From the NCBI GenBank assembly GCA_964016885.1, contig OZ024740.1, forward strand, positions 313,472,001 through 313,536,000: 64,000 nucleotides of DNA, read 5' to 3'. Origin of the DNA: Eledone cirrhosa. Taxonomy: Eukaryota. Below the pieces are notes generated by a model. That model did not search any database and had not been told where the DNA came from. It worked only from the letters and a program-made list of their open reading frames with translations. Position numbers and translations under genes: made by a program. Numbering within the stretch: position 1 is the stretch's first letter; the number at the start of each line of letters is the position of its first letter. Shown in pieces: positions 52,405 through 64,000 of the stretch.

Positions 52405-52406
<2 letters not shown>
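51885..52406 (+). mobile_element. ORF-less ~354-bp HHR unit with partial tandem repeat and inverted 5' arm (retrozyme-like)
   Basis: 52011-52050 repeats at 52365-52406; 51885-52011 is an inverted copy; (TA)n and (CA)n flanks. Confidence 0.75.
52240..52283 (+). ncRNA. Canonical type I hammerhead ribozyme with extended stem I (52216-52303)
   Basis: atcgtc CTGATGA gaact-agttg-agttc GAAA tgc ATC gacgat; outer pairing ccggcag..gcaag / cttgc..ctgccgg. Confidence 0.9.
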
Positions 52407-52445
<39 letters not shown>

Positions 52446-52470
52446 ACAGACACACACACAGACACACACA

Positions 52471-52539
<69 letters not shown>

Positions 52540-52564
52540 ACACACACACACACACATATATATA

Positions 52565-52970
52565 TTAATACAAGGAGTGTAAGTCAGGTTAAAATTAACT
52601 TCGTTTATTCATATTCACTTCTATATATATATGATATCCCACCAGTTCTTTGAGAAAACAACTCAATACTTCGGGACTGAGCATATCAAAAGATCGAAAT
52701 AACAGAGGTAAACTTTAGTCCATCATTATGTTTTTCTGTTTTTTCCGTTCAAGTTCTAGCTGTCTGATGAGCTCATAGCTGTTGAATAATGGTTATCACC
52801 GAAATATATATAATACCGAATATGTATAAACGAAGTTAATTTTAACCTGTTGACTTACACCTCTTCTTTTTAAATTACTCCGGAGTGAACAGATCCACCT
52901 GCGCACCTCGTTGAGTGCTTTACACTGCATACTGAAGTATCGGTAACTAATCAACACATACTCAAATTTT
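52565..52970 (+). mobile_element. PLE-like 3' end with inverted arms and degenerate HHR (52764-52812)
   Basis: CTGATGA..atagctgtt-gaat-aatggttat..GAAA tatata; arms 52575-52615 and 52817-52860; gttgagtgcttt tail motif. Confidence 0.65.
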
Positions 52971-53252
52971 ATATATATATATATATATATATAAACATAT
53001 TATAATAGAATATAAAAGAAATTCCGGTTTGTATTTATTGTCTTAATTTTTTCTTAAATTGAGACAAGCGAACCCAATTGTCTATAGTTAGTATTCTTTT
53101 CACCTTAGCGAATCAGGTCCCTTATGATTTGAACACATATATCTATATATCTGTGTTCGTTTTTTCTTTTATATTCTATTACGGCTCAGAAATATCTCTT
53201 TCTTAATTTTGAGTTCCTAACTCAATATATACATTTAATATATATAAACACA

Positions 53253-55390
<2,138 letters not shown>

Positions 55391-56200
55391 TACATATATA
55401 TATATATATATATATACATATATACATATACATATATATATATATATCATATCAAACTACAGGCCACCATTTGCCTCCTTCACGGAAACCATGGTTCAAC
55501 TAAGCACTCTTGCGATATTAACACATTTTGAACTGCTTAACTTCAATGACTGTGCTTGTAAATAACATTAACTTTTCTTCCACATTGACTTTTTACGTTC
55601 CACATTATGCACGTTTTTCTTTCCTTTTCTTTTTTCTTTTCACTTCTTAAACCTTGTTTGTATATAACATTATTCTTTCTGCACCTTCTGTTTAACATGT
55701 TCGACACCACACTAATACATTTCACTATCATTTGATAATGCATATAAATGCAGAAACCGGTAATAGACAGTAATTAAATATATAAATAGATAAATAAATG
55801 CCATTGTTAAATAATAAATAAATCAACTAATACCTTAACACTTCACACAAAGTAAAACATTTCATTTTAATTATTTTCTAGCCCAGAAAAAAGAGAGAGA
55901 GAGACAAAAAAAAAAGGAAAAAAAATATTTTTCTTCCTCATAATCGTCTCTTTCTCCCTGTTTTCATATATATATATATGTGCGCGGGCGCGTATTTGTT
56001 TACATGTGTGTTGATTAACCGAGGATCTACTATGACTATTACATAGAATTTCCTGTTAATAATTGTACCAAACTTTAAACTTATTTTGATCAGTATATTG
56101 GAACAAATCGGTGATGTTTTAGTCACACCAGCCTCTCGGCTAATAAAAACATATACAAATATTCTACTTAATGTTGCATTTCTCTCGTATGCACAACTTG

Positions 56201-56251
<51 letters not shown>

Positions 56252-56268
56252 ATACAATAATCATATAT

Positions 56269-56330
<62 letters not shown>

Positions 56331-56382
56331 GAGTATATATATATATGTATATAAAATAATCATATGTATATATATTTATATA

Positions 56383-56457
<75 letters not shown>

Positions 56458-56466
56458 ATGTGTGTG

Positions 56467-56497
<31 letters not shown>

Positions 56498-57004
56498 CTG
56501 CAGTTATTTATTATTAAGCAAAATTCTCCAAGAATAATTTTAAGCATTGACTTCATACTACATTTTTGTCAAGTTATTTTCTTTTTCCTTATATTGCAGC
56601 TGTCGCCATTTGAACTGTCAGATTATGTTAAGCCCATACACCGCCACATTCACACCTCTCCGTCACACTTAACACCTCACACACATACAAACACACCCAC
56701 TCACTCATGCTATTCATCTTCCACCCTTAAGTTGCTTGACACCATTCTCATGTATTTACGATTCAGATTTTCTTCAAGTTTCTACAAACTTTACATCTGC
56801 AATTTTATAAACACGTACACTCACATGCATACACACACACTCACATGCATACACACACACACACACACACATACACACATCACACACACACACACGCAGA
56901 TGCGCAACACAATCACAAATACATACATAATATATATAGATGTATGTGTATATATACATACATACGTATGTGTGTATATATATTTATATTATATATATAT
57001 ATAT

Positions 57005-57122
<118 letters not shown>

Positions 57123-57528
57123 TGCCCCCTCGTTATCGAGTATGGCCATTGCACCATATAACATTATTAATAATTATCAATTAAGCTATCATGCACCTGT
57201 GCGTGAAGATTTTTTTTAAAGTGAGGAAAGACTGTGCCATGAGCCAATTCCACTCTCTGAGCGACAGTAGCTATAACCCGAAAAGAAGAAAAGATCATAT
57301 ATATAAATATATATATATATATATGTGGGAAAATATTTGACGCCGACGGCAGAGCTCAAGCCGTTTCGACGGCTATTTCTAGTCCAGAAATAGCCGTCGC
57401 AACGGCTTCAGCTCTGCCGGAGTGGGGGTGGGGGGTCAAACATTTTCCTATTACCCATTCTACTACCCTAAGTATTGAGTACTCTGGTGCGTTATGGTCC
57501 ATCTGGTTCCTTACCACACCTCCTTCGT

Positions 57529-57561
<33 letters not shown>

Positions 57562-57974
57562 TCTCCCTCTCCCATGTATATATATATATAAATATATATA
57601 TATATTATATAACGGAGGAAGTGTGGTAAGGAACCAGGTGGACCATAACGCACCAGAGTACTCAATACTTAGGGTAGTAGAGTGGGTAATAGGAAATTGT
57701 TCAAGACCCCGACGGCAGAGCTCAAGCCGTTTCGACGGCTATTTCTGGACTATTTCTGAGTCCAGAAATAGCCGTCGAAATGGCTTGAGCTCTACTGTCG
57801 GGGTCTTGAACAATTTCCTATATATATATATATATATAGCTGATGGCGAGACGACCTCAGTAACCACCTGTGACCCTCATGGCGAACATTGGCAAAGGAC
57901 AGAAATAGGTGGAAGGAGTCCAGGGGCGGGTTCCTCCTCAGTGAGTGATTTCAAGACCATGGATCAAGGATTAT

Positions 57975-58230
57975 GAAGATATAGCTGAATGAGGATCAAT
58001 TCGAAATTATACACTTTGGAAAAGAGAATGCACTGAACTGAAACTCCCATATTCCCTTCCTCAGGGAGAAACTCTCGTGCCATCGAACAACATCAGAGAT
58101 CTGGGAGTAATTGTTGACAAGAGCATACATAGGCTGGGACACTCATAGAAAGCAATGTTGAAATGGCAAACAGGATGTGTTCCTGGATCCTCAAAACTTT
58201 CCACTCGATAGATATCCACACCATTATATG
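57975..58230 (+). pseudogene. CR1-type LINE RT C-terminal fragment
   Basis: QLNEDQFEIIHFG..IRDLGVIVD..ANRMCSWILKTF (frameshifted). Confidence 0.7.
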
Positions 58231-58231
58231 T

Positions 58232-59065
58232 GGATGAGTGTGTATACACATACACATTGATGAGTGTATACACATACACATAGATGAGTGTATACACATA
58301 GATGAGTGTATACACATACACATTGATGAGTGTTTCACATAGATGAGTGTATACACATACACATAGATGAGTGTTTCACATAGATGAGTGTATACACATA
58401 CACATTGATGAGTGTGTATACACATAGATGAGTGTATACACATACACATAGATGAGTGTGTATACACATAGATGAGTGTATACACATACACATAGATGAG
58501 TGTGTATACACATAGATGAGTGTATACACATAGATGAGTGTGTATACACATACACATTGATGAGTGTGTATACACATAGATGAGTGTATACACATACACA
58601 TAGATGAGTGTGTATACACATAGATGAGTGTATACACATACACATAGATGAGTGTGTATACACATAGATGAGTGTATACACATAGATGAGTGTGTATACA
58701 CATACACATAGATGAGTGTGTATACACATAGATGAGTGTATACACATACACATAGATGAGTGTATACACATAGATGAGTGTATACACATACACATTGATG
58801 AGTGTATACACATAGATGAGTGTATACACATACACATTGATGAGTGTATACACATAGATGAGTGTATATACATACACATAGATGAGTGTGTATACACATA
58901 ACATTGATGAGTGTATATACACATAGATGAGTGTATACACATACACATAGATGAGTGTATATACATACACATAGATGAGTGTGTATACACATAACATTGA
59001 TGAGTGTATATACATACACATTGATGAGTAAAGACACACATTGATGAGTGCATACACATACACAT
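58232..59065. repeat. Imperfect minisatellite (gatgagtgtatacacata[cacata])n
   Basis: Direct reading. Confidence 0.9.
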
Positions 59066-59149
59066 ACACGAATTTATACACATGCACATGTATATATATA
59101 TATATATATACATGTGCATGACCGAACATATACATGCACGAACACATTA

Positions 59150-60846
59150 CACACTTACTTGGCGGCAGGTTGCTAAATCCCATCCATATACTCCTCATAA
59201 TAGAGTATGTAACCTATGCCTTGCCGAATCCCACTCTATTATATTTGCTAAATGCCCTCTACTAAATAGAAAGTCTGAAATATTTTCCTCTTGCCCCCAC
59301 CGAATATTAAGCTCTTTCTTCTACTTTAAACCTGTTAGCTAGCACTTCCTTATTCCTCCAGTTGGGCTGTCTTGTGTAACTGTCTCTGATTGTGTGTAAC
59401 TGTCTCCTATTGTTGGTCGTCTATGTATATGAGTCGGTGAATGTATACGTATGCCTGTGGGAGGATATTGATCTGGATATTGGGGTGTACAGGTGAGTGG
59501 GTGTGTATGTTAATAAGCACCCCTGTTTGGCACAGCGGATGTAACCCATCCACGCTCGCCTACCCACCATTGGTGCATTGGTGGGTCTATCCTGACGTAT
59601 ATCTTGTGGATCTGTACCTCTGTATGCGCATGAGTTGTGATGTAATGTATTTATGTAAAGCGTGTACTGTGATTTAGGCTGCACTAATAGAAATTTAGCC
59701 TGTAACTGTGGGCGGACCTGTGCCATCCCGCCGTAAGCAGTAGATACGTGGCGCATGTACGTGTTGCCCTCATATTCTGTGGTTTAAGATCTACAGGCTG
59801 ACTTCTGGGAGCTCTTGCCCGGGGTTGTAGTCTTTCTAGCACGATCGGCCTTCCATATATTGACGGTCGTTGTTATGATCCCGAAAGTAACGTTTTGGCC
59901 CCGATAGCCCTCCGTAGTTACTAACGGTCTGTGTACACTTGAATCGGGCAATGGCACGTGCGGACACGATTATCTCCGTAGGATTTCAACTTTATTTTAC
60001 TACATCTCATCGTATGTATTTATTTTGAATATATTATCCGTGGTGGTGGGTCTGGCCTAATGTGGTATTTCGGTGTTTAATATCAGCTTTGACCCGGGTG
60101 TCCTACGCTGTGTGTGTGCGTGTGTGTCCGTGTATACATTTATATGTGTATGGGTGTAGGTGGTTGTATATGTCTGTATATAAAAAAAAAATATATATAT
60201 ATATATATGTATACCGTCTCTGCATATGCATGTGGTGTGTATATGTGCATATACGTGCTGAACATATTGATGTGTACAATCTTGTGATGTCCCAATGCGG
60301 TGACTTCATGGCTCTTGAAGCTATTTTTTATATATCTTCTGTCTTTTTATATATCTTTTGTATGCGCTCCAACTGTGTCTGCTTGCTTTGGCTAACCCGC
60401 CTGCACTTCGCTTGCTAATGCACGTGAATTCTCCTACCTTCCTTCGATGCACCTCTCTCTGACCATTGGACTCCTGCCCGGGTGTGAACCGGTTTGTGAT
60501 TACCCCACCGCTCAACTGTGTGAATGCACACCCGCGACTTTCGAGTGAACTTTTGAGACTGCCCAACCTGGGACGCCTCCATTGCCTTGCAATGGTCAAG
60601 TGATACTGGTGACTGTGACACTTAGTGCCTTCGTGGGCCCCTGATATTTTCAAGAAATATATTTTAAAAGAATGGTCAAGTGATACACATAACTGTGACA
60701 CTTAGTGCCTTCGTGGGCCCCTGATATATTCAAGAGATATATTCTAAAAAAATATATATCTTATCTCAATTTACTTTATTTCATTTTATTTTATTTTATT
60801 TCATTTCATGTTATCTAATTTTATTTATTTACTTATTTAATTCCAT

Positions 60847-60893
<47 letters not shown>

Positions 60894-60906
60894 CTTATTT
60901 ACTTAC

Positions 60907-60950
<44 letters not shown>

Positions 60951-61680
60951 ATTTAATTTTAATTTTAATTTTAATTTTATTTATTTATTTAATTTTATTT
61001 ATTTATTTATTCATTTATTTTATTTAATTACATTTAATTATATCTTATATTATATTATTTTAATTTAGTCTATTTTATTTTATTTTAGTTTACCTTATTT
61101 TATCTTATTTTATCTTATTTTATGATTATATTATATTATGTTCTATTTTATATAATTTTAATTTTAATTTTATATTATTTTATCTCATTCCTTACCCTGT
61201 ATCACTATTATCTGTATATTTTATATTTTATATGTAAGTTTGTTATGTATTTCTTTATATTTTCTTATATATATTATAAGTCTGTTTTTCACCTATTTTT
61301 TACCTACTCTTACCTAATCCTATCTATCTTATCTACTCTTGTCTGTTCTCTTATCCATGTGTATGCTTGTATGTAACTATATGTTGACAGCACCCCGCCC
61401 AACTGTGACTGATAGCACCCCTTATTTTTCATTGTTTATTTTATTATCTTATTTTTATTTTTATTTTTATTTTTATTTTTATTCCTATTTTTATTTTTAC
61501 TTTTACTTCCTTAATATCCTTTATCGTCTATTATTATTTTTCATTCTTCAATGTCTTGGATTTGTTATTGCTTGTATGGTATGTAATTAACCTTTATGCT
61601 CTGATGAGTCCCACTTATAGTGCGGACGAAACAATGTTAGCAAGTAAAGATATGCATATGCTATAGGCGTTCTTTGTTAT
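59150..61680 (+). mobile_element. 3' end of a second Hydra-like PLE (EN C-terminus 59150-59342, ~2.3-kb 3'UTR, HHR)
   Basis: W..VA.S..CNLCLAESHSIIF..LLNRKSEIFSSCPH, similar to the 9080 ORF end; ends in long (TA)n. Confidence 0.8.
61597..61642 (+). ncRNA. Type I hammerhead ribozyme
   Basis: tgct CTGATGA gtcc-cact-tat-agtg(c)ggac GAAA caat GTT agca. Confidence 0.85.
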
Positions 61681-61689
61681 TTATTATAT

Positions 61690-62662
<973 letters not shown>

Positions 62663-62829
62663 TTAAAAGAATAGAGGTGTAACACACAAGTTATTATATA
62701 TTGGTAAACGGAATAGAAAATGCTGACAAATTGTTCACAGTGAAAAATAGTTTAATTAGGAATAAGTGAGAATTAGTAATAGTATTGGTTAGTATTTAGT
62801 TTTGGTTTTAAGTTTTACCGGTTGCGCAT

Positions 62830-63189
62830 TATTGCAACTTTTCCGTTAAAATCCTGTGGATGGTCCTTCGGGAAACCTCAGGAACCAAAATGCAGAGAGC
62901 ATCCAGAGTGATCCGCCGATCTTTACGCATGTTTTCCTCGGAAGGAGACCTTACTTTTGGGATTGCCCTCTATATAATAACTGCGCGAAATTCACACTTG
63001 GCGGTAGCGTTCAACGGGAGCTCCATTCTCAACGGCTGCCAAGCCAAGATTGAGCATCCCAGCGAAGCGCGCGCATGTTGTTTGGGAGTGAAGGAAGCAC
63101 CAATCACAACAGTGTTGCCAACAGCCGTACGAACAGTTTCTCTGCGTCCCCATCGCTTTGGAGACCTTACTTTTGAGATTACCCTCGTA
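62830..63189 (-). mobile_element. Rearranged mariner fragment with two same-orientation 5' TIRs
   Basis: TIR (cg)agggyaatcycaaaagtaaggtctcc at 63160-63189 and 62944-62970; MELPLNATAKCEFRAVI; EENMRKDRRITLDAL..PEVSRRTIHRILTEKL. Confidence 0.75.
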
Positions 63190-63559
63190 TATATGTATAT
63201 ATAAATATATATGTATATATATATACGTGTATATATATACGTGTGTGTGTGTGTGTGTGTGAATGTAGCAAAGATAATACGTCAGCAGTGACGTGTTCGT
63301 CAGAATGTCGTAATGCAGACAGCAGACATACAGACAGATATTATAAGGGCTCGACGGAGATCGATAACCGGCGCCTAACACCCCTTTAACAACAGAAAAT
63401 TGAAAACTAAAAGCTTTCTATCTCTGGATCTTCTATAGTTTTTTTGGGTCCTTATTTTAGTGTTCTGTCGTTTATTTTTGGTGCTCGTTGTCTAACTCTA
63501 TGTTTAGTCCTATGCTTGTTATATGAGCGGGTAGTGTTGCTGTTGTGAGGTTTGTTATT

Positions 63560-64000
63560 GTTGTCTCTATCTAGTATGTATTCCAGCTTCTCTTTATGTC
63601 CAGCCTTATGTAAAACTATGTTATAATAGTTTGCGTGTTCGTTAAAAATTTCTAGGTTCGAAGATAGTATACCCCTCAGAATATCCCGCCTATGTGCTAT
63701 GGTGTTAATTATGGATCGGGGGTGGTTTGAGTTATAACTAATGTAGGCTAGATTTTCGTTATTCTTATGGAAGAGTTCTATTAATCCTGTGTTTAGGTTG
63801 AGAGTAACATCTAAGAAATTTGCTTTTTCTTTAGTTAAGTTCGAAAGTGATACCTAGGCCTAGTTTTTTGAAGAATACTCTAATGTTTTTTCTTAATCTT
63901 TCCATGTTTTGATTATTTAAGCTTTTGGCTAGCAGGAGTGTATCGTCTCTGTAGATTCCTCCTTGGAGGTTATTGAATTCCTTATGTAAGTTGTGCGCTA
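63560..64000 (-). pseudogene. Hydra-like PLE RT fragment (continues beyond window)
   Basis: GIYRDDTLL, NFLDVTLNL, YISYNSNHP, LSSNLEIF; frameshifts and stop. Confidence 0.8.

Noticed and set aside
58093-59198. Cys/His-rich ORFs of 247-314 aa
   Set aside because: Derived from an imperfect minisatellite
60591-60750. 80-bp tandem duplication (also ~140-bp at 22340-22600)
   Set aside because: Ordinary local duplications without further features

Overview
Animal genomic DNA that is repeat-dense, AT-rich and full of microsatellites. The SINE families resemble those of octopus/coleoid cephalopods (inference). No host protein-coding gene is identifiable, only a few weak minus-strand exon candidates. 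The window starts with a head-to-tail pair of nearly identical Tx1/L1-clade LINEs ending in (ATCT)n. The rest is dominated by Penelope-like element (PLE) fragments (Hydra-like and Neptune-like, RT and GIY-YIG), tRNA-derived SINEs, mariner/hAT MITEs, Helitrons and a 5.8-kb, 48-bp minisatellite derived from a SINE. The most notable signal is non-coding: about 15 intact or near-intact type I hammerhead ribozyme (HHR) motifs from many unrelated families, nearly all inside (TA)n tracts. These include ORF-less ~424-bp and ~354-bp HHR repeat units (retrozyme-like), U3-A8 and GCAA core variants, a long-stem-II variant, and several palindromic mini-elements whose fold-back point lies in the ribozyme core or helices. 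All structures were read by eye and none is experimentally tested.
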